Positions 51,645 through 63,000 of a DNA stretch of 64,000 nt are shown one piece after another (position 1 is the first letter of the stretch; every line of letters begins with the position of its first letter). Both the position numbers and the translations under genes were made by a program. The DNA comes from Trypanosoma brucei (taxonomy: Eukaryota): NCBI GenBank assembly GCA_000002445.1, contig CP000071.1:864001-928000 (forward strand). The letters are read 5' to 3'. A model generated the notes under the pieces. That model was not told the origin of the DNA, did not search any database, and saw nothing but the letters and a program-made list of their open reading frames with translations.

Positions 51645-52253
51645 ATGTTTCGCATATCCTCATGTTTTCACAGTTTCTTTCTCAATGCTGTCCGCTGCAC
51701 CTTCATCGCTGACGTGCTGTACGGCTGCCGTTACAGCCCACACATTGGAATGTGCCACCATCCGTACGTGTACGTGAAAACAGTGTTGTTTTGCGTCTCC
51801 AGTCGTCCGGAGCAGCGGCTTGAACGTGAGTATATGCGTGGTCTTATCGAACACCTTGTCGCGTGCGATGCGAAGCACGATACGCAGACAAAACTAGAAC
51901 TGATGCGGTTTGTTGACGTCGTGCCGGCCGCCGCAAGCCTCGGTGGTAGCGGCCACAGTGAGGTGCTGAGCGCCGGAAAAATGGGTGGTGAAAGCGGAAT
52001 GTCCTCTTTCTTCACGGGTACTCTCTTCCCCGCAGTGTTGGGTCATGTGTTACTATACGACGCGGTTTGCGTATGTATGTCAGGTGGTTTGTACGACGAT
52101 GCGGCGCGCGACTGCGTGGCGCAGGTGGCGGCAAGGCTAGGTGTCTCTCAGCACGGCCGGGAAATGATTGAAAAAGCGGCAATACGTGAGCATCAGTTGG
52201 CTGCGATGAAGCGGCAGCTGCTTCTCCTACCTGAGACCCCGCCACTGCGTTGA
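51645..52253 (+). CDS. Small hypothetical protein (~200 aa from the first ATG; start uncertain).
   Basis: The ORF-track entry begins at a GTG (51543) inside a T/C-rich splice-acceptor-like tract, and the first in-frame ATG is at 51645. The C-terminal half (…VAQVAARLGVSQHGREMIEKAAIREHQLAAMKRQLLLLPETPPLR) looks like real coding sequence. No motif recognised. Confidence 0.35.
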   Translation: MFRISSCFHSFFLNAVRCTFIADVLYGCRYSPHIGMCHHPYVYVKTVLFCVSSRPEQRLEREYMRGLIEHLVACDAKHDTQTKLELMRFVDVVPAAASLGGSGHSEVLSAGKMGGESGMSSFFTGTLFPAVLGHVLLYDAVCVCMSGGLYDDAARDCVAQVAARLGVSQHGREMIEKAAIREHQLAAMKRQLLLLPETPPLR

Positions 52254-53138
52254 GAGACGCTTTGGGAGGTAACTGCAAGAGCGGCACCCGTCTAATTTTG
52301 GAGTGGAAAGGCTTGCAAGAGCTGTGTAGTTGTCTTACATTGTCTTTGGCGTGTGCATGGGCAAGGTTGCGGTATTGGTGTGCTTCCCAAATCCTGCTGC
52401 TCCATGCGTTTTATTCCTTGTTGTCACTGCTATGTTTTGCGTGTCCCATCGTGTTAGTAAATTAAACCTCAATAGCCACCACGACTCGATCATCAGAACA
52501 TTGGAGTGTTGACGCATTGGCTTAGAACCTGTGACCCGCCTCTTCGCAAATGTGGCGCCGGTGCATAGCGATGTTTTTGCCACTGTGTTGATTGTAATGC
52601 CTAAGTTGACGTGCACAACTTGATCCCTTAGCGTTGAGGAGGGATGCGCGAAGGCGAAGGGATTGAATGTCTTCTCTTGATGTGTTTTTTTTCTTATTGT
52701 CGACTTTCTTGTCGGCGTTGCCGTGCCCCCCAATTGGCGTGAGTCGAGGAGCTTGCACACATAGCTTGCGCGCACAGCATCACTAGACTTCTGTGGGGTT
52801 CATGTGTGGTGTGTCTCGACATTGGCATTGCGATCGCTATCAAAAGCTGCAATAGCGGATAGTGTATAGACGGCAGTTACAGCCGTGATCGCACAGCGGT
52901 AAGAGGCATAATGTTTATAGTGCACGACACAAAACAATGAATCCAATGGCGACCTGTGCCTTCCCCCAAATAACCTGGAAAAATATCTCTGTCTATTTAC
53001 TGTGAAGTTGGACGTAGCTCTGCTTTCTTCCTTCTCCTTTTTGCCTTTGCCCACTACAGTCATTCTAACAAGGTTAGCAGCCTTTTTGTTGTCGTTGTTG
53101 TAAACCCGCAGGAAACAAGTACATATTTGAGTGACGCA

Positions 53139-54842
53139 ATGACCACAGCAACCGTCAAGCCCGAAATTGTCATAGCGGTTCTCTCCATGTGCGGCCTGCT
53201 GACGGTTGTTGTCATCATTCTGCTGGTGTGCTCGTGGTGGTCTCGCCGCAAAGCTGGAGCTTATGCAGGATCTGCTCTTTATCGCGGGTTCAAGCGACGC
53301 CATCAATTCGAGCTCGTCTGTACACCTGGTCCGGGTGCTCACGCCGCTCCGCTGGAGGTTCAACTGCGCACATCGCATGTTGACCCTTGCGACATACTTG
53401 TGGATGTGCAGTACACACCGCCTGGCTTCCTCAAGGAATGTGATCGTACCGCTGTCTCCCCAGCACGACTATTGGGTGCTGATGAACACTATGGTGAACA
53501 ATATCTGCTTTACAGTCACCCGTTTGTGTTCCGGGGACCCGGCCGATACACGGTCAACGCACACACCGTCTCGCCTTCCATGCGGTATGTGGGCGCGGTG
53601 CATAATTTCTGCTTCGACGTGCTCCCCGGGGACACGCCGTCAGGGTCTGGAGACACTGAAATGGAGGCGAGCTGTCAGCATGCCAACGATTTCTCCAGGC
53701 ACGACTTTTCCACCCAGCGGGATGTAGCAACGAAATGCAGCATCACACCGATCAGGCATCCTTTGCCACCGCGCATCATTCCCAATGAGGGTGAAGTGAC
53801 AACATTTACTCCAATAATTATCACCACTAACAACGAAAGTACGACGGCCGATCAGATCCGGTACAGCGTGGACGGTAGATACCCATCGTTGCTGTACACG
53901 GGGCCGTTCACGCTCTCTGTGCCGCCTTTCAGCAATGCGTGTAATGGCTCGTCGGTGCCAGTCGTTGTGCGTGCTGTCGCCGTGTCCGGAAGTGATACGG
54001 GACTAACGAGTGAGGTTGTGACTGCGAACTTTACGGTGTATAGGGCGGGCCACAGTTTCTTTGATCCGCAGGTACCGGCCCCGGTTGCGCGTGTGCATGC
54101 TGTGAACGCCAAGCTGTACTTTGATGAGTCCCGTCGCCCACCGAACACGAACATCTTATACCAGCTAGTTTACGTCAGTGAAGCACGCCAGAAGCCAAAG
54201 TTCTCTCGCAGGCGGGGATTCGTGTACACTGGAGAGTTTGTTCCGCTGCGTGAGGACGTTGCCTTTATCTACGCCTGGACGTTTGTGGGTGATGGCAATG
54301 GCGATGGGACGGGGGTGGACCTCGACGAGGTGAACGGCGGTGGGCGTCGCCACATTCGCAGCTCAGCCGCTGTGTACGACTGTCGTCGTGGCACATCGTG
54401 GAACCGTGAGGCTCGGGATGAGGGAGGGTTGCACCCTCACAATAACGACCGTACTCATCGCGGTGACCTGTCGCCACCGGTCATCTGCGTCAGCTGCAGT
54501 GAGATGGAGGTATTCTTTGAGGATCCACCCGCGGGAGGCGTTGTGTGCTACACCCTTGACCGAACTGAGCCAGCAGCTCCCGGTGGAGCGACGGCACCTG
54601 AACAGGCAGTGAGGGTTGGTCTTGGTACAGGAGCGCAGCAGCTCGCGCGATTTGGGCCGGGGCCGAATCTCAGCACGTACGTGTACAAGTCCAACCAGCC
54701 GATTCACGTGACGCTTCTGCAGACGGAGCAGGTGTTCGTTACCGCGCGTACGTTTATTCCCGTTGCGGACGGTGCCGCTGGCGACGCCGTTACCTGCTAC
54801 CGTTTCAGTGATCGTTTCTTCCGTGGCTTTGCCATACAGTGA
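53139..54842 (+). CDS. Hypothetical single-pass membrane protein (~567 aa) with an N-terminal signal-anchor/TM helix followed by RRK.
   Basis: The codon at 53127 is TTG and the ATG is at 53139, preceded by ccttttt gttgtcgttgttgtaaacccgcag. The N-terminus is MTTATVKPEIVIAVLSMCGLLTVVVIILLVCSWWSRRK (hydrophobic core plus a positive flank). The remainder has no recognised domain. Confidence 0.55.
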   Translation: MTTATVKPEIVIAVLSMCGLLTVVVIILLVCSWWSRRKAGAYAGSALYRGFKRRHQFELVCTPGPGAHAAPLEVQLRTSHVDPCDILVDVQYTPPGFLKECDRTAVSPARLLGADEHYGEQYLLYSHPFVFRGPGRYTVNAHTVSPSMRYVGAVHNFCFDVLPGDTPSGSGDTEMEASCQHANDFSRHDFSTQRDVATKCSITPIRHPLPPRIIPNEGEVTTFTPIIITTNNESTTADQIRYSVDGRYPSLLYTGPFTLSVPPFSNACNGSSVPVVVRAVAVSGSDTGLTSEVVTANFTVYRAGHSFFDPQVPAPVARVHAVNAKLYFDESRRPPNTNILYQLVYVSEARQKPKFSRRRGFVYTGEFVPLREDVAFIYAWTFVGDGNGDGTGVDLDEVNGGGRRHIRSSAAVYDCRRGTSWNREARDEGGLHPHNNDRTHRGDLSPPVICVSCSEMEVFFEDPPAGGVVCYTLDRTEPAAPGGATAPEQAVRVGLGTGAQQLARFGPGPNLSTYVYKSNQPIHVTLLQTEQVFVTARTFIPVADGAAGDAVTCYRFSDRFFRGFAIQ

Positions 54843-55953
54843 GCTCTTCCTTCCACTGAAGCCGCGAGGGGCACACACGCACATGGCTTACTGGCGGTAC
54901 CCCAAAAACAACCTTAGGATGTTCACCTGTGCACAAACTCGATTGCGCATGGGCGGTGACGGGCCGTCGTGCGGCGCCCATCACCCATGTGCGCGTTATG
55001 AGTGTTGTATTGGACTCGATCGCTTGTTCGCAGTATCAGTGTTTTTCCTCCTCTTATCCTTTAGTAACATGTTTTCTCCCCTTTTTGTTACATTATTTCC
55101 ATCCCTTGTTTCGTTGTTTGTTAAACGTTATTATTATTTTTTTGTTGCGGTCACCGTTATCTTACACCGCACTTGGTGTACCACCGAGGCATGTTATATA
55201 TATATATTTTTTTTCATGGTGTCTGCGTCCGGACGCACGTGGCACAGGTTCATAGAAGCGGGAGATCATGGGGACCGACAGAATCAAATCACCACTTCTC
55301 TTTGGCAGAGATGAGGAACCCATGAGCAGATTGTTGATACAAAGACCATAGAAAAGTAGAGGATGAAATCGCTCCTCTTCGCACGAAAATACACAGCATA
55401 TACAATATCTCATACTAAGAGGAAGAGGCACTTTGGTGTGTCCGTTTTGCTAGAAGTACAATAGACCCCAAGAAGTTGAGATAAAGAGTAGATTGTAAGA
55501 AGGTATTTTGCTAAATTAAATGATATATGTGTTTGTCGCTTGCCGTGTGATTCCTTCAACTTCACAGATCGTGGGGTTTGTAAGGTGCTCCGACTACATT
55601 CGTGTGTCAGCTAAAAACGCTTTTTCTTTATGAATCTATGGTTGCTGCTACGAGGCCGTGGGGTGTCGTGGTTTGTGGTTTTGTGCTGGTGTTTTATTTT
55701 TTGTTGTTTCCACCTTGTGATTGCCACATACATTGCTGTTCTTCTTTCTTTTTTGTTCTTCCTTCGATATGTGTACCTCTGAAAACGAAGTTACGATAGT
55801 GTGTACCAGGCAAGCGGTGTGTAGGAAAGCATTCACCGCAGGGGCATTGACTGTTTATACTGAAGCGGGGTTTGTGTGCCACGAGGTGTGTAAGGTTCTT
55901 CTGTATTGGGGAACGCACATAATCTGGCAGCAAGGTTCAGGTGACAGACAGGG

Positions 55954-57969
55954 ATGCTCAAGAGAGTTATTGCGAGGGCAAGCCTCCCCAAGTCGTTGGA
56001 TGTACTGCCGCTTTTTTCTTTTTCGAAGAAGGGCAAGGGTGGTATCGAGAAGGTTGCTGGTGACAGCCAAGTAAAATCCCTTGTGTCCCACCCAAAATGC
56101 GTGTCGGCACATTTTTGCAATCCTAAGGACCACTCTGAAGCTTTACGTGAAGACGACGATGGAGGTGATGTGGATAAACACGACGCAGTGGATGTGCCTT
56201 TTGGTTTCCGTGATGCACCGGGGAATATTTTGTTGGATCCGGAGCGGCGGCGCCTCTTTGCCGGCATTGGTGAGAAACCAACGGTGCGGGACTATCGCCT
56301 AGCCGTGACGGCTGCTGTACGCGAAGCGTCTAAGTTAAAAGCATCAGCACTGGTTATGCGTTCTCTGCCAAATGTGCTGTATTCGGTTGGAGACTTGTTT
56401 CAGCCTGCGAGCGCTCTCCCGGCGGAGGACGTAGCTGAAAAAACGGTTACTTATGCCGTCGCGGCGGCGTATCGGTACGACCGATTTCTATCGAAGGCTA
56501 AAGGTGGCTTGCCCCCTCCGAGCCGTGGTAGGCGAAATAAGGCGGTTGCAGAAGGGAGTCATGAGCAGTTGAATTTAATTATTGACTGCGGGGACAAGAC
56601 TTCTATTGCCAGTGGAAATATCATTGGACATTGCATAAATGACGCACGAAACCTGGGTAATCTTCGTGAGGATGAGGGCACTCCGCAGTTTTACTGTGAG
56701 TGGATTCATCAGGAACTGGCCCCACTTGGCATTAAGGTGCAGAACGTGTTGCACGGAGAGCAGCTTGAGAAGGCGGGGTTGAACCTCATATACAACGTTG
56801 GAAAGGGGTCAAAACACACGCCTTATTTGGTTGTGTTTGAGTACGTCGGTGACAAGAGGAGCAATAAGGCAACTGCCCTCGTGGGCAAGGGTGTTACATT
56901 TGATTGCGGTGGTCTTAACATTAAACCATTCGGGTCGATGGAGACGATGCACATGGATATGATGGGTGCAGCCACGGTTATGGCTACGATGAAGGCTATC
57001 GCCGAACTTCAACTACCAGTTAACGTTGTGGCCGCCGTTGGGCTCGCGGAAAACGCGATCGGTCCAAGCAGCTACCACCCATCATGCATTTTGACTAGCC
57101 GCAAAGGACTAAGTGTTGAGGTGTTGAACACGGATGCCGAGGGGAGGCTTGTACTTGCTGACACACTGACTTACCTTCAGAAGGACGCTAAACTAGTGAA
57201 GAAGGCCGATACGATCATCGACATTGCGACCCTCACAGGCGCAATTGTTGTCGGCCTTGGGAGCCGGCGTGCAGGTCTCTTTGGCAACGACATCGCGCTG
57301 GTGCAGCAGCTTATGGCTAGCGGGCGAAGCAGTGGGGAGGAGGTTTGGCCGATGCCCATCGGGGATGAACACCAGAGGGCGATCAAAGGGAATATTGCCG
57401 ACCTTGTTAACGTACCGAGCGTGCGTGAGGGCGGTTCCTGCACTGCAGCGGCGTTCCTAAGCAACTTTGTGGAGAAAGATGTGAAATGGGCGCATCTTGA
57501 TATTGCAGGTTCGGGGATGGGGACCGACAAGCCAAGGGGATTCCAACCAGCGGGGGCACCCGGATTTGGTGTTGAGCTTCTGGTGGACTACTTTCGCCAG
57601 CACGTCATGGCTTCTTCAAAGGGAGTGTCGACGGGTAAGGATGGAAGCCACGGTGATGCGGAAGAGTCTACTCAAGAAGAGGGTGCTAATGCTGAAGTGA
57701 GTGAGGAAAATACCAAAAGATCTAAGACCAGCGCAGGTGGAAAGAAGTTAACGAAAAATGCCGAACCGAAGGAAGGAAAGGGCAAAGAAGCAAAACCCAA
57801 CGTGAAGGGTACGAAAGGTGGCAGAAAGGTTGGAGAAAAAGGCACGGAAGGCAAAGGAAAAGCGGCCAGCCCGGCTGAAAAGAAGAGGGTGAAAAAGGCA
57901 CCTGCGGCCAAGCAGGGTCGCCGGGCAGTGAAGGGGAACCCGAAAGGAAAGAAAAGGTCTGGCAATTGA
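55954..57969 (+). CDS. M17-family leucyl aminopeptidase with a ~100 aa lysine/glycine/alanine-rich basic C-terminal tail (671 aa).
   Basis: M17 signatures NTDAEGRLVLADTLTY and DIATLTGAIVVGLG, plus GKGVTFDCGGLNIKP (substrate and metal-binding region). True ATG at 55954. The tail is KRSKTSAGGKKLTKNAEPKEGKGKEAKPNVKGTKGGRKVGEKGTEGKGKAASPAEKKRVKKAPAAKQGRRAVKGNPKGKKRSGN. This may correspond to the kinetoplast-DNA-associated LAP1 described in T. brucei, but I cannot confirm that identity. Confidence 0.85.
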   Translation: MLKRVIARASLPKSLDVLPLFSFSKKGKGGIEKVAGDSQVKSLVSHPKCVSAHFCNPKDHSEALREDDDGGDVDKHDAVDVPFGFRDAPGNILLDPERRRLFAGIGEKPTVRDYRLAVTAAVREASKLKASALVMRSLPNVLYSVGDLFQPASALPAEDVAEKTVTYAVAAAYRYDRFLSKAKGGLPPPSRGRRNKAVAEGSHEQLNLIIDCGDKTSIASGNIIGHCINDARNLGNLREDEGTPQFYCEWIHQELAPLGIKVQNVLHGEQLEKAGLNLIYNVGKGSKHTPYLVVFEYVGDKRSNKATALVGKGVTFDCGGLNIKPFGSMETMHMDMMGAATVMATMKAIAELQLPVNVVAAVGLAENAIGPSSYHPSCILTSRKGLSVEVLNTDAEGRLVLADTLTYLQKDAKLVKKADTIIDIATLTGAIVVGLGSRRAGLFGNDIALVQQLMASGRSSGEEVWPMPIGDEHQRAIKGNIADLVNVPSVREGGSCTAAAFLSNFVEKDVKWAHLDIAGSGMGTDKPRGFQPAGAPGFGVELLVDYFRQHVMASSKGVSTGKDGSHGDAEESTQEEGANAEVSEENTKRSKTSAGGKKLTKNAEPKEGKGKEAKPNVKGTKGGRKVGEKGTEGKGKAASPAEKKRVKKAPAAKQGRRAVKGNPKGKKRSGN

Positions 57970-59209
57970 GGGGTAATGCATTGGAACCACCGTGCCGCTC
58001 GTTTCTGTATTGTGAGGAAGGGGTGTTTTTCGACACGTAAGTTCCCACAACTGGGGGTTTCGGAGATAACATGCGGTGGTGGGGCGAGAGTAAAGACGCT
58101 TACCTGATTGTTTTGGTTGGGCTTATACCCTCCTGAGCTTGTGTTGATGTCTCTGGTCCACTTTGCCTGGCCATTAACAGTCACTGGGGTTTCAAGTAAC
58201 GACAAACAATTACAAGTAGTGTTTTTTCAAAAGAAGCCAGGTGCCTTCCTTTTTGTTTTTTTGTTTTGCCAGTCCGTACAACTGTTTTTCTAGCCGTTTT
58301 ATTTTTACTACCTTCAGCTCGAATTGTTCCCTCTTTTATTTTTTTCTTCTCTCCGGGCGCTGGTCGAGTGGTATCCCTTCCCCGACCATACGTTTTCTCC
58401 CACCTTTTTGTGATAACAAACCCCCTTTCCTGTTGTTGTGATCCACCGGGTACCTTCTTCCTATTGATACACATGGGCCGTAGTGCGGTGTTTCTTTATG
58501 ATTGTCTGGGAATACGGGTTGGTTACGTTCAAATTTCATCACATCTGGCAGCCGATGGATAAGTGGCGGTATCACCCATGCCAGCGCGGGAGACAAATAT
58601 GAATGGCCCTTTCAGTGCGTGAGAAACTGAACAGGGGAGGGGGCACCATGCCTTTTCTTTTTTTTTTTTTCATGGTGTCACAGCTGACCATCATACATAG
58701 ACGTGCGGCGCTGGTCATGGACATCATTATTTGGTCGTGCCTAATGGGCCCCGCGTGCAATTTATTAAATTTGTATTTTGGTTTGTTTGTCGCATTTAAG
58801 TAACTTAATTTCCATATTTATGAGTGAACTGCCTAGTTTCACAAATAGAACGCTGAATAAGCGTGTGCAAAGCGATATCGGGGGTGAGGGTGTGTGTATG
58901 TGGGGAGGGGAGTAAAATGAGTAAAACATGTGAATGGTGGTTTTTTTTTTTGCCACAGTTCGCTACTAATGGTTTTGGTTGAACTCATGATCTCTAGTAG
59001 GTGGTGAATGACTCGGAATTTGACTACACTACTAACGACCTGCCTCTGTATACACTTACTGGTCACAACTGAATCTAAAATTGCTTTGTTCCCCTTCCCA
59101 TTCCCGACGGGTGCACCTACTCTTAATCTTTCTTTCCACACGAGGTATTTTCCCAACTCTCCAGACTCTGGTGGTAAGTAGGAGCGGAAAGTGACAAATA
59201 GTATTTGTG

Positions 59210-59647
59210 ATGGCCTATGTTTCTCCAGCACGCGTGAAATGGGCTACTTTTGTTTTTTGGAACTTCTTAGATCCCACATTCCGCTTGCACTTCAGGTACT
59301 ACCAGCGGAAACTAGCCGTGGATCGGTATCTGGAAAGGCTCGGTGTGGTAGCGAATGTTGGTATTGGTGTTACTTTTGGGCTTATGTTCTACAATCTCCT
59401 GATCGCCCGCTTTCTTCTCCCTCGTTCCGTCAGCTCAGGACATAGCATGGAGGAGAACGCAAATGAGGTACTCCGCGTGTTGAAATACGATACGACGAAG
59501 GAGCTTCCTGCGTTTTTGCTCATGCGTGCAAAGCGCGAGGTGATATCTAAGCTGCATGTCGCGGCTGATAAGGCCGAAGTGAAGCGACAGCGCGAGGAGG
59601 TGAGGAGGCTCCTTGACAGCATTGATCAGCAGCGGTTACCGAAGTAG
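59210..59647 (+). CDS. Small hypothetical protein (<=145 aa; start uncertain) with one hydrophobic helix.
   Basis: The codon at 59207 is GTG and the ATG is at 59210, but the first ~35 codons are pyrimidine-rich (cccacattccgcttgcacttcag) and may be UTR. A later candidate start is at MFYNLLIARFLL…; the C-terminus is KAEVKRQREEVRRLLDSIDQQRLPK. Confidence 0.3.
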   Translation: MAYVSPARVKWATFVFWNFLDPTFRLHFRYYQRKLAVDRYLERLGVVANVGIGVTFGLMFYNLLIARFLLPRSVSSGHSMEENANEVLRVLKYDTTKELPAFLLMRAKREVISKLHVAADKAEVKRQREEVRRLLDSIDQQRLPK

Positions 59648-60094
59648 CGGCGGTGCGTGGTTGCCGCTAGTGTGTCCGCTGCATCCCCGTGCAGATGCGC
59701 TGTTCGTTCATTCAGGCAATTTTGTGTCATTTTTTTCACCTGCCGCCACATTGGTTTTCTCTGAGCGGTCTCTCTCCTCTCGTTATGCTCTACTCCTTGT
59801 TGACGTGCCACTGCATTCCCTTTGTATGTGGGTGAAGCACCTTAGCTTGTCTGCAGACAATCTTTTTCACTATCCCCGTCGCCGTGCTGCAGCCTTTTTG
59901 TTAATCCGTTGGTACCGTTAGACGTTAGATGGTACGTGTATATAGGTTAGGTAGTGAAAAACAGGTCCGGTGTACGTTTGTTGCTTTGTCACACTTGCGT
60001 CACTGAACGCCATTCAGCTCTTCCAGGAGAGTTGGGGTTAGGGAAACATCGTGTAATCACGTTGTGAGTAGCCCACAGCTTCTGTGTGTTGGAA

Positions 60095-63000
60095 ATGCTG
60101 AGAAACTTGCAAGCCCCGCCTGATTTAGAACCCCCAGCACCTCAGCTGCTTGCCGTGCGGGGTTGCTCGCTCATCACGTCGCGATGGCTCCAGGTGCTTT
60201 CGTACATTCTGGCGGAGGTTTGCAGCTCTGCGACACTACTAGATGATTATGTGCGCGCCACGCTGAATGTGTCGCATCACTTGCTCTCCGCGTGGCACAG
60301 CATAGCGGTGGCGGCTCATCGCCCGCGTGAACAACGTACGAGCGGGAGCTCTTCCGGTTGGCGCTCTGTTTCTAGGGATGGTACCGTACCACAGACGGAC
60401 CGTGTGCGCTGGGAGAAGGAGGCTACAGCTGCTAGGCATGTCGAGCTAGTTCGTCACCTGGTTGTCATGGCGCTGCTGCAGCAGTTCTTGTCTGTGCCCG
60501 TTTCTGGGAGCTCTGACACTGTGCTGCGTGACTTGCTCTTACGACACCGTCGATGGCGTCAGCGGAGGGCTGGTAAGGGCCGATTCACCGAGCTCGGCGA
60601 CGCGGAGGGTGGTTTGGTAGGGGATGATGATAATAACTGCGATGGCGGGGGCCCTCGTGCGCCGCGTGGACGGGACCGGGAGGAAAGCAAAAACAATAAG
60701 CGGCCACGGCCTCACTCTGTGGATCGCTTTGGGTGTTCTTCTTCATGGTCCACCTTGCCATCGATGGGCCAGCGACCGGACGATGATTGTTCCATTTGTG
60801 ACGAGGAGCGTTGTGACGACAACACGTGCTCTTCGGTGGACTTGCGGTTGTTTATGCGTGCGGCTGTCGCCATGAACCCCACCGCCTGCGCCCTGCAGCT
60901 CATTTCGCGTTGCATCGTGTGTATCCAGAGTGATTGGAGTTGTGACTGCAAGGACGGTGCGCCTCCCACGTCGCCGGTGGGTTTCCGTGGGCCTGATGCT
61001 GGGGACGGTGGCGTTGCGGGTAACCGCTACTTTGTTTTCGTGGCAAGTCGTGACGTTGCTGCATGTGAGCACTCAGGGCCATGCTTTGGAAACCGCAAGT
61101 TTATTTTTGTACATTGCGAGCGGCCTAGCTGTGAGGATGTTGAGCCTTCGCGTTGCTCTCGTCATTGTCCGGTAGTTATACCACCCCCGGAAACCGCAGC
61201 TGGCACCGTGGCTCCTATTGCTCTTGTGGCTTCGCGGAGGGGTGGGGGGCCGTTGCTTGGAGACGGCGGTGTGTGGGGTCATGTGATGCGGTCGATGAGG
61301 CAACTGCGACTTGAGCTGGGTCGAGGCGGCTTGGGCGTCCCCGCTCGTAGTGGTGTAGTGGCTTGCTTGCCCTCTGTTGCTCGCCCCGCTTGCAATGCTC
61401 AGGGCAGGCCGTCCTTTTCGAGAGAGGGGGCTGGGAGGTTCTTACTTCCGCCCCTCGCACCGAACCGTAGGTGCTCCACTGAGCACTGCATGGGATGCGG
61501 CCCCCTGCCGACCGATGCGCGCTCCCAGCGGGGGATTGACAGCGGGGAGGATGGCAGCGTGGGTGAAAGTGACGAGGGACGATCATCGTGGTTCCTTATG
61601 TATTCTGACCGGTGCAGCGCCACTGGGGCTTTCTTCTCCGGTGCAGTGCCCTCCGTGGGGCGGCTCATCGCGTTCCCTTCCCCTCTTACAGGCTCATCGA
61701 GCGAGCCGGTGCCGGTGGTGCAGCCCACATCCAATTTGGAGAGTGTGGACGTGCCCCTAGAGCAAGCCATTTTTCTGCCACCTGCTGCTGGACACGAAGT
61801 GCGCCATACAGGAAGGCCGTCTACGGAGGTGGACGAGTACAGTAAGTCAGTCATGGCTGGTCATGTTGCTTTCGCGGAGGAGGTGGCTGCGCGCCTGGAG
61901 TTCTGGTGTGCCCGTGGAAGCCCCCGTCGTTGCTACTATGACCCCGTGGTGCTAAACTCTGCAGGGGATAATGGTGATGGGGCTTCTGGGGGCACCGATG
62001 TTGGTGCGCGTCGTGGCAGCAATGACACGAATGGGTGCGTGTCTGAGGGAGAGAATGCGGGTGACTGGATGGAGGAAACTATGCCACTGATGTTGCTGTT
62101 CACTCAGGTCGGTACGGTCCGTTTCCAGTTGCTAGGAGACACAGTGTATTGCAACCCGAGGAGCCGGGGACTCCTTATTACCGCGATTAGTGAGGCAACG
62201 GAGTTGGTGATTTGTGGGACGCGTGAGAGCCGCGTTCATCGTGGTTGGCACAAGCGCTGTGACAATGGTCGTAGTGATGGACGCGCTGGTAACGGAGTTG
62301 GTCGCCGGAGGACGAGGGGAGAGAGCGTAAGTGGTGTTTGTGGTGCGAGCGACCTGACGCTTTCAGCTGGGGTTTCAGGTGGCGCCTCTCTTCATGTGTA
62401 CTACGACGTCGCAGTGGAGGTGTGCGTATGTTGGGCGCAAGGTGAAGTGCTTGGAGATGGCGAGAAAGACTGCCAGACAGCGCTGGAGGGGACGAGCGTG
62501 GGGAATGCTAAAGGTTCTCCATATGGCTCACGCTGCGGTCAGCTCCTTTCGAGACGCGAGCAAAACCAACGGAGGAGTGAACGGCTGAAGACGGAGTTCC
62601 GCCTCGCGCATTCTGATCGTTTGGATGCCCTCCTCGTTGACGGTCGAAACGCAAAGCCCATAGCCTCCGTCACGCTTGTCCCATCGACAGCTCCCGGTTG
62701 GCCCACGCAGTCTGCTACTCGGGCCGTGCAGGACACTCGGTTTATCGTTCAGTCTTTCAGCCACTACGTGGCGCCACTCCTGAATCACCTAAGGGAGGAC
62801 AAGGTACTGATGGTTGACATGGATCGCACGTTGGTGGACAACGCCATCATTTCAAGAAACCGGCTTGCCCATGGCTTCCTTGACAACCCGCTGTGGAGGG
62901 CGCAGTTTCATATGGGGTCTTCCCAAGAGGAGGGGCAGGCCGATGAGCGGGAGGCTCTGGAGAGGCATTGCGAGGCGTCGGGCATGGTAAGTTACTTTGT

